This document shows, one piece after another, positions 1-8,515 of a stretch of 25,969 nt of DNA. Below the pieces are notes generated by a model. That model had not been told where the DNA came from, made no database searches, and saw only the letters and a program-made list of their open reading frames with translations. The stretch's first letter is position 1. The number at the start of each line of letters is the position of its first letter. The stretch spans positions 1 to 25,969 of the IMG/VR virus record IMGVR_UViG_3300002756_000030. The stretch is one strand, 5' to 3'. The position numbers and the translations under genes were made by a program. Source of the stretch: a virus (lineage: Duplodnaviria > Caudoviricetes).

Positions 1-86
1 GGCGGCGTGGCGGTCGTCGTCGTGCTCGCCGCCTGGGTGGCGGGCACCCTCCCGGGGCCGCCTCCCGGTTCCTCGGACCCCGTACA

Positions 87-818
87 GTGACGGGCGTGAG
101 CGCGCCCTCTGCCACCAATGACCGGATCGTCTGGATCGACTGCGAGATGACCGGTCTTGACCTGACCGCTGATGCGCTGATCGAGGTGGCGGCGGTGGTC
201 ACGGACTCCGAGCTGACGGTCCTCGGCGAGGGCGTGGACATCGTGATCACCCCACCGGTCGAGGCCCTCGAGCAGATGGACCCGTTCGTCCGCGACATGC
301 ACACCACGTCCGAGCTGCTCACGGCGCTGCCGGGTGGCGTGACACTCGCCGAGGCTCAGGAGGCGGTCCTCGCCTACGTGCGGCAGTGGGTTCCCGAGCC
401 GGGCAAGGCTCCATTGGCCGGCAACTCCATCGGCACCGACAGGGTGTTCCTCGAGCGCGACATGCCTGAGCTCGTCGGCCACCTGCACTACCGGGTGATC
501 GACGTCTCCTCGATCAAGGAGCTCGCCCGGCGCTGGTACCCCCGGATCTACTTCGCATCGCCCGAGAAGAACGGCGGTCATCGAGCGCTCGCGGACATCC
601 TGGAGAGCATCGACGAGCTGCGGTACTACCGAGCAGCGATGCTGGTGCCGCCGCCGGGGCCGGACTCCGCCGAGGCGCGTGAGATCGCCGCCCAGGTCAT
701 GGCCACGTCGGTTCGCCCGGGACGAGCAGCCCAGTTGCGGGGGGACGCGCCCGAGGGTGTCGCCGCAGACCTGCGGGACGACGCCGCGACATCCGATGGG
801 GTGGCTAACGGGACTTGA
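87..818 (+). CDS. orn: Oligoribonuclease (DEDDh 3'-5' exoribonuclease), host gene
   Basis: IVWIDCEMTGLD, LAGNSIGTDRVFL, HYRVIDVSSIKELARRW and HRALADILESIDELRYYR are the canonical Orn motifs; low-complexity C-terminal tail ends inside the tRNA fragment. Confidence 0.97.
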   Translation: MTGVSAPSATNDRIVWIDCEMTGLDLTADALIEVAAVVTDSELTVLGEGVDIVITPPVEALEQMDPFVRDMHTTSELLTALPGGVTLAEAQEAVLAYVRQWVPEPGKAPLAGNSIGTDRVFLERDMPELVGHLHYRVIDVSSIKELARRWYPRIYFASPEKNGGHRALADILESIDELRYYRAAMLVPPPGPDSAEAREIAAQVMATSVRPGRAAQLRGDAPEGVAADLRDDAATSDGVANGT

Positions 819-819
819 A
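797..819 (-). mobile_element. Prophage att core: 3' fragment of tRNA-His
   Basis: Minus strand reads TTCAAGTCCCGTTAGCCACCCCA = T-loop, 3' T-stem, acceptor strand and CCA typical of tRNA-His; the upstream bases do not form the 5' T-stem, so it is a fragment; sits exactly at the host/phage boundary. Confidence 0.85.
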
Positions 820-837
820 AACGTGTTCCGCTAGGGC

Positions 838-947
838 GTGTCCCGTGTCCCTGACCAGCAAGTTAGCAGGTCAGCCCGCCCAAGTGGGCCCGTCAGCCCT
901 GTCGAGATCCTGGGGGATTCTCGCCGCCTCGCGTGTCCGTGGACACG
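838..947. repeat. Candidate integrase arm-type / accessory binding sites next to att
   Basis: GTGTCCC tandem (838-851), CTGACC..GGTCAG inverted repeat (851-874), CGTGTCC-gt-GGACACG inverted repeat (932-947). Confidence 0.4.
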
Positions 948-994
948 GGTCCTGCGCGCTTACCTCCCACCCAACGCGCGCCGACATAGGCACT

Positions 995-1204
995 ATGACA
1001 GCGCCCGACTTGCCCCATGACCCCTTCGACCTCATCCGCAGGCTAGGAACGAACGCGTTCGAGGTCGAGGGACTGCCGGTCCCGGTCCTGTACGTGCGGG
1101 ACCGGGACCTCGCCTTCATCCGCGCGGGGCTCACCCCGGAGGCTCGGACACGTGCTGCGGATTGGCTACTGTCGACGGTTGCGGCTCAGGTGCCTCAGAC
1201 GTAG
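995..1204 (+). CDS. Small protein resembling a truncated ImmA/IrrE N-terminal region without HExxH
   Basis: MTAPDLPHDPFDLIRRLG...VLYVRDRDLAFIRAGLTPEARTRAADWLL; convergent with and overlapping the repressor 3' end. Confidence 0.5.
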   Translation: MTAPDLPHDPFDLIRRLGTNAFEVEGLPVPVLYVRDRDLAFIRAGLTPEARTRAADWLLSTVAAQVPQT

Positions 1205-1568
1205 GGGAGACCACGTGCTCCCCCACGTCGGCGTCCCTGGTGGCGCTCGCTGCATAGCGGTGCATCCTCTCTCGTAGTACGTCGATCAGTTGGTCGTCGG
1301 TCAGGTGCTCGACGTTGGGCGGTGCGGCCGGCGCACCGGCGAGGGGCGTTGGGTCGCCGCCGTCGAACGCGCGGCGAGCGGACCCGGGCTCCCACTCAAG
1401 GGCCTTGTCGAGCTTGCGGAACGTGGACGGCGACGGCGTGCCCGTCCCGGCCTCGATCGCAGTCAGCGTGGAGTTCGACGGGCCGCCCCGCTGCCACACG
1501 TCTATCTGTGTGAGGTCGAGATCTTCCCGGCGGGCCGTGACGATCTGCCCGAAGCGCTTGGCTGACAT
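1131..1568 (-). CDS. Immunity repressor (XRE-family HTH)
   Basis: RFGQIVTARREDLDLTQIDVWQRGGPSNSTLTAIEAG...TFRKLDKALEWEPGS; divergent from a Cro-like gene, next to att. Confidence 0.88.
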   Translation of the reverse strand: MSAKRFGQIVTARREDLDLTQIDVWQRGGPSNSTLTAIEAGTGTPSPSTFRKLDKALEWEPGSARRAFDGGDPTPLAGAPAAPPNVEHLTDDQLIDVLRERMHRYAASATRDADVGEHVVSPTSEAPEPQPSTVANPQHVSEPPG

Positions 1569-1737
1569 GCCTTGAGTCTCCCCAAAACCTTTGGCAAACC
1601 CAAGCGGCGCGCGGCAAACGCCATGAAGGTAGTTTCACCTGCCCGTCTGTGGATAACCCAAGATCAGCGCTGGTCAGGAACGTTTGCCCGTGTCGCTCCT
1701 TGCGTCTGCCTTCGGTTTGCCTTAGAGTCAAGGCATG
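1566..1737. promoter_or_regulatory. Lysis/lysogeny switch: two divergent leaderless promoters and operator repeats
   Basis: Plus: TTGCGT(1700)-17-TAGAGT(1723)-6-ATG. Minus: TTGGGT-17-GAGACT-6-ATG. GGCAAAC repeats at 1593 and 1613, inverted copies at 1681-1688 and 1714-1721. Confidence 0.72.
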
Positions 1738-2034
1738 CCGAAGACGACCCGCTATGACAGGCAACGGCCACGAGTCACCCCCCCACACGTCACCCTCGGT
1801 GACCTGCGCGCAGCGGTCGGACTCACCCTCGACGCCCTCGCCGACCGGGTGGCAGAGCTTGAAGGAGAGGAGAACCGGCCCACGAAGGGCGCGCTGTCCG
1901 CCATAGAGAACGGACACCGGGGCGCATCTGAGTCGATGCTCAAGGCCCTAGCCCTCGCATACGGACTCCGCGAGGACGCGATCAGCACCGACTACGAGCC
2001 CCGCACCCGACGTTCTCCGGGCAGTGCAGCATGA
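1735..2034 (+). CDS. Cro-like XRE HTH regulator
   Basis: LGDLRAAVGLTLDALADRV...TKGALSAIENGHRGASESMLKALALAYG; first gene of the rightward operon. Confidence 0.85.
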   Translation: MPKTTRYDRQRPRVTPPHVTLGDLRAAVGLTLDALADRVAELEGEENRPTKGALSAIENGHRGASESMLKALALAYGLREDAISTDYEPRTRRSPGSAA

Positions 2035-2597
2035 CGCGCACCGACCGCCGCCGCTTCAACGGGCGGACGCCACGGGGTCTCACCGCCGAACAGCGCTTCT
2101 GGAGCAAAGTGCAGGGCGGTCCCCCATCTGAGTGTTGGCTCTGGACGGCATCTACCGACCCGTCTGGGTACGGCATGTTCCACGTCGGCGGTCAGCGCAG
2201 GCTGATCCGAGCCCACGCGTGGGCGTTCGAGGCCGCGCGGGGTCCAGTCCCCATGGGGCTCCACCTGGACCACTTGTGCGAGGTCAAGCGGTGTGTCAAC
2301 CCGTGGCACCTCGAGCCCGTGACGTGTCTTGAGAACGTGCGCCGTGGCCCACGGTCCCGTGTGCCGCGCGAACGGGGAGCCTGCCTCTACGGCCACCCCT
2401 ACGCCGAGTTCTCTCGGGTGTACCCGGCCAAGGACGGCAGTGACCGGCGCCAGTGCGCCGAGTGCAACCGCGAGTACGGCAGGGCATACAGGAATCTCTC
2501 ACCGATCGAGCGTGAGCGCCGGAAGGCCGCCGGCATCCCCGTCGTCGACCTCGCCGCCGTCTTTGCCGCCACCGAGCTTAGGAGCGCAGCCGCATGA
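2031..2597 (+). CDS. HNH homing-type endonuclease
   Basis: RFWSKV, CWLWTA, GYGMF, AHAWAFE, LDHLCEVKRCVNPWHLEPVT..EN, then CLYGH...CAEC module. Confidence 0.92.
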   Translation: MTRTDRRRFNGRTPRGLTAEQRFWSKVQGGPPSECWLWTASTDPSGYGMFHVGGQRRLIRAHAWAFEAARGPVPMGLHLDHLCEVKRCVNPWHLEPVTCLENVRRGPRSRVPRERGACLYGHPYAEFSRVYPAKDGSDRRQCAECNREYGRAYRNLSPIERERRKAAGIPVVDLAAVFAATELRSAAA

Positions 2598-2839
2598 GCA
2601 CCCTCACTCCCCGCGAGATCGCGGCAGACCTGAACATCGCACTCACCACGGTGGGCGACTACCTGCGCGCGGGTCGCATCCCCGGGGCCTTCCGCACCTA
2701 CGAGGACGGGCCCTGGCGGGTCGACGCCGAACAGTACGCACAGTGGAAGGCCGACCGGCAGGCCGCGGTCGACCCGAACCGCATCGCCCAGCGCTCCGAG
2801 CGCTCGAAGGCGGCACAGTCACGGAGGCGGACAGCGTGA
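2594..2839 (+). CDS. Excisionase-like HTH DNA-binding protein
   Basis: LTPREIAADLNIALTTVGDYLRAGRIPGA...WRV winged-HTH pattern; ATGA overlap. Confidence 0.75.
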   Translation: MSTLTPREIAADLNIALTTVGDYLRAGRIPGAFRTYEDGPWRVDAEQYAQWKADRQAAVDPNRIAQRSERSKAAQSRRRTA

Positions 2840-2988
2840 CCCCGTGCGTCGCTCGTCCGGGTCGTCGCCTGGTGCATGTGGATGGCCCGTGTGCGTGTTT
2901 CCGTGGTGGTCCTGCCCCCGAGTTCGCCCCGGCACTTCACGCGGGCGAAACGGACGACACCGTGTATGCGCCGAGGGCCGCCTCGTGA
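2836..2988 (+). CDS. Hypothetical phage protein
   Basis: GTGA overlaps at both ends. Confidence 0.5.
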   Translation: MTPCVARPGRRLVHVDGPCACFRGGPAPEFAPALHAGETDDTVYAPRAAS

Positions 2989-3146
2989 TCCCCGGCCCGT
3001 ACATCCCCACGGCGTCCCTGACCCCGTTTGAGGCGTTCCGGCTCGGTGCGGCTGAGGGTCGCGCGCAGGTCTTGTTGGACGTGTCGCGGGCGTTGTGCGT
3101 GGAGGGTCACCGTGTGGCCGGGGACATGCTCGGCGGTGCCAAGTGA
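2985..3146 (+). CDS. Hypothetical phage protein
   Basis: GTGA overlaps at both ends. Confidence 0.55.
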   Translation: MIPGPYIPTASLTPFEAFRLGAAEGRAQVLLDVSRALCVEGHRVAGDMLGGAK

Positions 3147-3421
3147 GCCGCGAACGCATCGACGGTCACTGGCTGGTCGAAGAGGCATCCGAGTGCACGT
3201 GCGCGGGCGTGGACCAGTTCGGCCACGCAGCGCACGAACGCGGATGCGGACTCGTGCCGCTCGTGGACCTCACCACCCTGCCCGGCTGGGAGTCGCTAAC
3301 GGCGCTCATCGCAGACGCCATTGAGGCGTCGCTTCACGAGCCTGGCCGCGCAACGTCCCACGCCGTCGCTTATGGCTTCCGGTGCGCCGCGAAGGTCGCC
3401 CGCGAGTGGAGTCCCCGATGA
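3143..3421 (+). CDS. Hypothetical phage protein (Cys/His motif)
   Basis: GTGA start overlap; CTC...HERGCG. Confidence 0.6.
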   Translation: MSRERIDGHWLVEEASECTCAGVDQFGHAAHERGCGLVPLVDLTTLPGWESLTALIADAIEASLHEPGRATSHAVAYGFRCAAKVAREWSPR

Positions 3422-3621
3422 GTCGCCCGTGGGAGTGGTCGTGCCCACCGTTGCGTGCCGTGTTGTCGCAGATGGAAGCGCAGGAAGTGCGCGTCGCGGG
3501 TGCTGGCCTGTCCTCGACCGTCCTGGGCGGGCGTGACCTCGCCGCAGCACTCCACCTCCCCGACGAAGGGCACACACCCCCACGCCGGCACACCAACCAA
3601 CCCACCCATAGAGAGGCATGA
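3418..3621 (+). CDS. Hypothetical phage protein
   Basis: ATGA overlap; weak coding signal. Confidence 0.35.
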   Translation: MSRPWEWSCPPLRAVLSQMEAQEVRVAGAGLSSTVLGGRDLAAALHLPDEGHTPPRRHTNQPTHREA

Positions 3622-3624
3622 ACC

Positions 3625-4050
3625 GTGAGCACCGAAATCAAGGACGTGTCCCGAGAGTTCCCCACGCACGAACTGAGGGGGGACGGTCGCAGCGCAACCT
3701 TCATTGTCGGCACTCCCAGTGGCGCCCGGTGGGTTGCCATCGTCCCCCGCGCTGACTTCCTTGCTGCTGTGGCCGTCGAGTGCGACGCCATCGTGATCCC
3801 CCGCACTGACTTGCCAGAGGTCGCGCAGAAGTACGGGGAGTACCACGCCGGGACGCTCGTGGTGGAGGGCGGCACGACCGCCGAGGAAGCGCTTGCCGCA
3901 GCCCGTGAGTGGCTCGCCCTAGCCGAGCACCTGACCGCGCACCCGCCCCTGTCGGACCTCGGCACAGCGCTCGTTGAGAGAGCCGGCATGGACCGGGAGA
4001 AGGCCGAGCATGTCGCGCGCCTCCTTACCGAGGACGGGTGGTCGCGATGA
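3625..4050 (+). CDS. Hypothetical phage protein
   Basis: GAGG RBS upstream, 141-aa ORF, ATGA overlap with next gene. Confidence 0.7.
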   Translation: MSTEIKDVSREFPTHELRGDGRSATFIVGTPSGARWVAIVPRADFLAAVAVECDAIVIPRTDLPEVAQKYGEYHAGTLVVEGGTTAEEALAAAREWLALAEHLTAHPPLSDLGTALVERAGMDREKAEHVARLLTEDGWSR

Positions 4051-4529
4051 GCGCCACTGTCGCTTCGCCGATCGAGGCGGGCGCGATTGTCGCCAGCCGT
4101 TTCGAGGCGAAGGTGGGAGATCCGACCGCTACGGGATGCCTGCCGTGGATGGGCGATCACTCACCCCGCGGATACGGCCGGTTCCGGGTGGCTGGCAGGC
4201 AACGGCCCGCACACAGGGTCGCCTACATCCTCGCGCACGGCGAGCTCGACTCCGGACTAGTCATCGACCACCTGTGTCGCAACCCCTCGTGCGTGAACCC
4301 TGACCACCTCGAGGCGGTCACGACACAAGAGAACACGGCCAGGGGCAACGCCGGGGCGAACACTCGATCCCGCACCCACTGTCCCCGAGGCCACGCCTAC
4401 GACGACGAAAACACCGTCGTCTACAGCGGGCGTCGGCACTGCCGCACATGCCGCGGGGCATCCCTCCGCGCCGCGTCCAAGCGCCTCTACTGGCGCAAGC
4501 GTGGCGTCCGCGTTGAGGACGGTGCCTGA
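4047..4529 (+). CDS. HNH homing-type endonuclease
   Basis: RFEAKV, GCLPWMG, GYGRF, AHRVAY, IDHLCRNPSCVNPDHLEAVTTQEN, THCPRGH...CRTC. Confidence 0.92.
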   Translation: MSATVASPIEAGAIVASRFEAKVGDPTATGCLPWMGDHSPRGYGRFRVAGRQRPAHRVAYILAHGELDSGLVIDHLCRNPSCVNPDHLEAVTTQENTARGNAGANTRSRTHCPRGHAYDDENTVVYSGRRHCRTCRGASLRAASKRLYWRKRGVRVEDGA

Positions 4530-4882
4530 TGACGACCCCCGCTGGTATTGAGCGCTTCTTGGACGCTGGCCCGGATGACCCGCGTGATTACGAGGACGAG
4601 CAGGCTGCGCGGGATGACGCACGGGAGGCACGTGCGGAGGCTGCCGCTGACCCGATCTTCGCGGCCGTGGACTTGGCCCCGTACATGGCACAGATGCGGC
4701 ACGCGGCGCAGGAGTTGGCCGATCTGGCCGAGCTGAGCCGTCCCCGTCCGCGTGATGACACGGCGGACGCGTTGGACCGGATCGCCGCCCTCTGCTCCCT
4801 CCACCTCCCCCGGGCCGCGTGGCGCGACTGGGCCGACTCCACCGGCAGGCACATCCGCATCGACATGGAGGTGGAGGCATGA
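4529..4882 (+). CDS. Hypothetical phage protein
   Basis: TGATG overlap, coupled operon. Confidence 0.6.
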   Translation: MTTPAGIERFLDAGPDDPRDYEDEQAARDDAREARAEAAADPIFAAVDLAPYMAQMRHAAQELADLAELSRPRPRDDTADALDRIAALCSLHLPRAAWRDWADSTGRHIRIDMEVEA

Positions 4883-5028
4883 GCGACATCGACCTGGGTT
4901 GGTGGGCCATCTCCGGGCAGGCGCTCTTGGCCGCCCTGCGCCGCGTCAGTGACGGCGAGGACCCGGATCTGACCTACGCCGAGTTGTACGCCAACAGCGA
5001 GGTCGAGCGACAGGACGGTCCCTCATGA
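4879..5028 (+). CDS. Hypothetical phage protein
   Basis: GGAGG RBS, ATGA overlaps. Confidence 0.65.
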   Translation: MSDIDLGWWAISGQALLAALRRVSDGEDPDLTYAELYANSEVERQDGPS

Positions 5029-5258
5029 TCCCCGTTGATCGTCCCCCGTGGGTTCCGTTGCACGCGGTTGAGGTGCCGTCCATGTCGGTGCGCCCGGGTG
5101 ACGTCCTGATCTACGCGGACGGGGCACACGAAGTGACCGAGGTCATCCCGTACACGGGGCCCACGCGCGGCATCGACGCGATCATCCGCGCCACTGATGA
5201 CTGGCAGATCGTCGCCGCCGACGGCATGAACCTCCACATCGAACCCAGGGAGCAGTGA
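5025..5258 (+). CDS. Hypothetical phage protein
   Basis: ATGA overlap, coupled. Confidence 0.65.
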   Translation: MIPVDRPPWVPLHAVEVPSMSVRPGDVLIYADGAHEVTEVIPYTGPTRGIDAIIRATDDWQIVAADGMNLHIEPREQ

Positions 5259-5587
5259 TGAGTATCGACCTGAGCGCGGCCATCGAGGCGGCGGCGCGTG
5301 TGGCATGGCGAGCGTGGAACCCGGACGGTCCCGCATGGCACGAGACCAACGACCGCACTCGCTCCGACGCGCGCAATGAGGCCGGGGCGATGGTGACCGC
5401 TGCTGCCCCGTTGATCGAGGCCGCCGTCCGGGAACAAGTCGCACGGGACATCGAAGCCGAGCACCGCGTTCACTCGTCCGCATGTGGTGAGTCGCCGGCC
5501 GAGCCAAGCACGTGGCACGCAGGAAACGATCGTGGCATCAGTTTCGGTCTCCTCCGTGCCGCCACCATCGCCCGGGGTGAGTCATGA
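5258..5587 (+). CDS. Hypothetical phage protein
   Basis: TGATG overlap, GGAG RBS. Confidence 0.7.
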   Translation: MSIDLSAAIEAAARVAWRAWNPDGPAWHETNDRTRSDARNEAGAMVTAAAPLIEAAVREQVARDIEAEHRVHSSACGESPAEPSTWHAGNDRGISFGLLRAATIARGES

Positions 5588-5811
5588 CCGCCCCTGCCCC
5601 GTCCCGTGAGGTTGCGTGGCATGAGGCCCGGGAGGAAGCCGCAGCATCCGCACGGGGCCTGCGACTCGCCTTCGCGTGGGCACTCGTACTAGTTGCCGCC
5701 GTGGTCGCGTACTGCGCTGCCGGGTGGTTGTTCCTCGCAGCCATAGTCGCGTTGTGGATCGGCGTCGCACTCGTCCGCGGAGCTGTTGACGGAAACGGGT
5801 GGGTGGGATGA
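5584..5811 (+). CDS. Small membrane protein (two hydrophobic segments)
   Basis: LAFAWALVLVAAVVAYCAAGWLFLAAIVALWIGVALV. Confidence 0.65.
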   Translation: MTAPAPSREVAWHEAREEAAASARGLRLAFAWALVLVAAVVAYCAAGWLFLAAIVALWIGVALVRGAVDGNGWVG

Positions 5812-6020
5812 GCGGGCGTCACGCGCACATCCCGCGCTGTTCCGCCCACGGCACCATCAACTGCGCGTGGTGCTCCCTCATCCGATCGGCCGACCTTGCG
5901 CGCGGCCAAGGGGAATGCCCCTCGTGCGAGTCCTGGGGCGCCACCGGAATGCACTGGGACACCTGCGGCCGACGTATCCGCGGACCCGTCGACCTCGGAC
6001 GCGCGAGGGCCGTCCGATGA
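5808..6020 (+). CDS. Small Cys-rich (Zn-finger-like) protein
   Basis: CSAH..CAWC, CPSC..HWDTC; ATGA overlaps. Confidence 0.6.
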   Translation: MSGRHAHIPRCSAHGTINCAWCSLIRSADLARGQGECPSCESWGATGMHWDTCGRRIRGPVDLGRARAVR

Positions 6021-6157
6021 CCGGCCCTGCCTCGTCTCGACCACGCGCCGACCTCACAGTTTGGTTCACGACACACCCGCGCACCGGGACACTCGCCGCG
6101 GCCCTGGTGCTCACCACCCCCATCTGGGCCGGGCTACTCATCGGCGGTGCGAGATGA
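6017..6157 (+). CDS. Small membrane protein
   Basis: Hydrophobic C-terminal half; ATGA overlaps. Confidence 0.55.
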   Translation: MTGPASSRPRADLTVWFTTHPRTGTLAAALVLTTPIWAGLLIGGAR

Positions 6158-6411
6158 GCCTCATGGGTGCGTTCCTCGGGCTGGGCGACTCCCGCCTGAT
6201 CGTCGGCATAGAGGACGACACGGACGGGTCGCTGCGGGTCTATGTCGGCGCGCGCTGGAAGAACATCCACACGCACGTCGAGGATGAGGGCACCAAGCGC
6301 GAGGTCCGCAACGCCTGGGGCGGCGCGCACGGGCACGTCGTGGCCGACATTCCCGCCGACGCGCTGTGCGACTGCCCGCCACCCGCGAGCCCAACCGAGG
6401 CCGACCGATGA
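6154..6411 (+). CDS. Hypothetical phage protein
   Basis: ATGA overlaps at both ends. Confidence 0.6.
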   Translation: MSLMGAFLGLGDSRLIVGIEDDTDGSLRVYVGARWKNIHTHVEDEGTKREVRNAWGGAHGHVVADIPADALCDCPPPASPTEADR

Positions 6412-6560
6412 CCGCCCACGGTGGTGCCCGTTACGACGACCAGCGGGCTGACGTCATCGACGCCGAATTCTGGGCCGCCATCGAGCACATGTCCAGGGCC
6501 GCAGCACGCAGCCACCGGATAGCGCGGTTCTTCGCAGGGGCACGAAGGGGCGGGCGATGA
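6408..6560 (+). CDS. Hypothetical phage protein
   Basis: ATGA overlaps at both ends. Confidence 0.55.
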   Translation: MTAHGGARYDDQRADVIDAEFWAAIEHMSRAAARSHRIARFFAGARRGGR

Positions 6561-6754
6561 ACGAGGTAAGCGCGCACGAGGCGGGGCTTGAGCGCATCCC
6601 GTGGCACTACGGCATCGGGTACGTCTCGGACTTCCGGTGGCAGGGCACATGTAGGTGCGGCTATCGGACCAAGTACCACATGTCCCCCGGATACGCAGAG
6701 TCCGCTGTCAACGAGCACGTCCGCGCCATGCAGAAGCGCGAGGCCCGCCCGTGA
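6557..6754 (+). CDS. Hypothetical phage protein (H..CRCG..H Zn motif)
   Basis: WQGTCRCGY...AVNEHV; coupled. Confidence 0.6.
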   Translation: MNEVSAHEAGLERIPWHYGIGYVSDFRWQGTCRCGYRTKYHMSPGYAESAVNEHVRAMQKREARP

Positions 6755-6843
6755 CCCCCGTCGAGTGGGCCATCACCCTCACCGCTACAGCCCTCGTCGC
6801 GCTCTACGCCGCCTGGGACGACCAAAGGAGCAAGGACCAGTGA
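6751..6843 (+). CDS. Very small membrane peptide
   Basis: 30 aa with one hydrophobic stretch; GTGA overlaps both ends. Confidence 0.45.
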   Translation: MTPVEWAITLTATALVALYAAWDDQRSKDQ

Positions 6844-7700
6844 GCACCGCACCAGTACCAGGGTCGGCCGAGTGGAACCGGTACATGACCGCATCGAAGA
6901 TCGCCGCCGTTGTGGGCACGTCCCCGTATGAGTCCCGGTTCTCCCTGTGGCACAAGATGGCCGGCAACGTCCCGACCGGTCACGTCACCGACAACCCGAT
7001 CTTCAACTACGGGCACTATCTCGAGCCCGTGCTGCTCAAGTGGTTCGGAGACCAGCACCCGGAGCTGACGGTCTCGCCCGGCGAATGGGTCGAGAAGGAC
7101 GGTTGGGCGGGCGCAACCCCGGACGGCAACGCGTACGGGCAGACGAAGCGGGACCGCGCCCTCATCGAGTGCAAGACGGGGCGCTTGTCGTGGGAGTGGG
7201 ACGACGGGGTACCGCCCGGGTACGTGGACCAGTGCCAGTGGGCGTTGTGGGTCACGGGCGAACGCGTCTGCTACGTCGTTGCCGATGTGGCGATGGAGTT
7301 CCGGGAGTACCGGGTTGACCGGGACGACGACCGGATCGCGCACCTTGTGGCCGAGGGGCGGGCGTTCATGGATTCCCTGGCCGCAGGCGACGCGCCGCCC
7401 CTGGACGGTTCCATGCACACGTACGTGGCCGTCCGACAGTTGCACCCGGACATCTCCCCCGAGGACGCAGAGATCCCACCCGTCATGGCGTGGGCGTGGC
7501 TGACCGCACGCGAAGCCCTCGCGACCACCACTGAGACCGAGCAGGCCGCGAAGAACGCGATCGCGGACTTCATGGGTGACGCCCGACGCGCCACCTGGGA
7601 CGGGCATGTCCTGTTCACCCGCCAAGCACGCAAGGACGGCACCCCGTACCTCGTGGCAGGGCGGAACCTACCCACCAACCTCGAAGGGACAGCAGCGTGA
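6840..7700 (+). CDS. YqaJ/RecE-like (lambda-exonuclease family) exonuclease
   Basis: TASKIAAVVGTSPY, GHYLEP, ATPDG, LIECKT, YVDQCQWAL; directly upstream of RecT. Confidence 0.92.
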   Translation: MSTAPVPGSAEWNRYMTASKIAAVVGTSPYESRFSLWHKMAGNVPTGHVTDNPIFNYGHYLEPVLLKWFGDQHPELTVSPGEWVEKDGWAGATPDGNAYGQTKRDRALIECKTGRLSWEWDDGVPPGYVDQCQWALWVTGERVCYVVADVAMEFREYRVDRDDDRIAHLVAEGRAFMDSLAAGDAPPLDGSMHTYVAVRQLHPDISPEDAEIPPVMAWAWLTAREALATTTETEQAAKNAIADFMGDARRATWDGHVLFTRQARKDGTPYLVAGRNLPTNLEGTAA

Positions 7701-8515
7701 GCACCGACATGGTGAAGGCCAGCCCAACCCAGATGGTCCAGGGGTACAAGGACGAGTTCGCGCTCGTCCTCCCGTCCCACTTGAAGCCTGAGACGTGGAC
7801 ACGTCTCGCCGTGGGTGCGTTGCGCCGGGACAAGAACCTCGCCCAAGCCGCAGCGAACGACCCCGCCGCACTCATGGGCGCCCTGCTCGACGCCGCCCGG
7901 CTCGGCCTCGAACCCGGTACCGAGCAGTATTACCTCACCGTCAGGTCCGGGAAGGTCCTCGGGATCCCCGGGTACCAGGGCGAGATCGAACTCATGTACC
8001 GGGCCGGGGCCGTGTCCTCCGTCATCGTCGAAGCCGTCCACGAACACGACAAGTTCACCTACCGGCCCGGCATCGACGACAGGCCCGTCCACGAAATCGA
8101 CTGGGACGCCGACGACCGCGGGGCAATCCGCCTCGCCTACGCATACGCCGTCATGAAAGACGGGGCCACGTCCAAGGTCGTCGTCGTCAACAAGGCCCGC
8201 ATCAAGCGCGCCAAAGACGCCAGCTCCACCGCCGGCAAGTCGTTCTCCCCCTGGGCGTCCGACGAAGTTGCCATGTGGCTCAAGACCGCCGCGCACGACC
8301 TCACCAAGTGGGTGCCAACGTCCGCCGAGTACATCCGCGAACAGTTGCGGGCGATCCGGGACGTGTCTGCTGAGCCCGCCCAACCCAAGCCCCCGACCAC
8401 GCCCGTGGACGTGACCGCACTCCCCGAACAAGGCGACGTCATCGACGCTGAGGTCATCCCCGACCCCGACGTTGAGGCGGCATGGGGACTCGCTGACAGT
8501 GGCGACCCAGCATGA
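7697..8515 (+). CDS. recT: RecT-family ssDNA annealing protein
   Basis: LLDAARLGLEPG..QYYL, GYQGEIELMYRAG, AYAYAVMKDG, SPW....AMWLKT...LTKWVPTS. Confidence 0.93.
   Translation: MSTDMVKASPTQMVQGYKDEFALVLPSHLKPETWTRLAVGALRRDKNLAQAAANDPAALMGALLDAARLGLEPGTEQYYLTVRSGKVLGIPGYQGEIELMYRAGAVSSVIVEAVHEHDKFTYRPGIDDRPVHEIDWDADDRGAIRLAYAYAVMKDGATSKVVVVNKARIKRAKDASSTAGKSFSPWASDEVAMWLKTAAHDLTKWVPTSAEYIREQLRAIRDVSAEPAQPKPPTTPVDVTALPEQGDVIDAEVIPDPDVEAAWGLADSGDPA

Noticed and set aside
797-870. Intact tRNA-His gene
   Set aside because: Only the 3' 23 nt match; no 5' T-stem, anticodon arm or D-arm
797-1568. Integration-dependent immunity (att inside the repressor gene)
   Set aside because: The repressor stops at 1131, more than 300 bp from the att core
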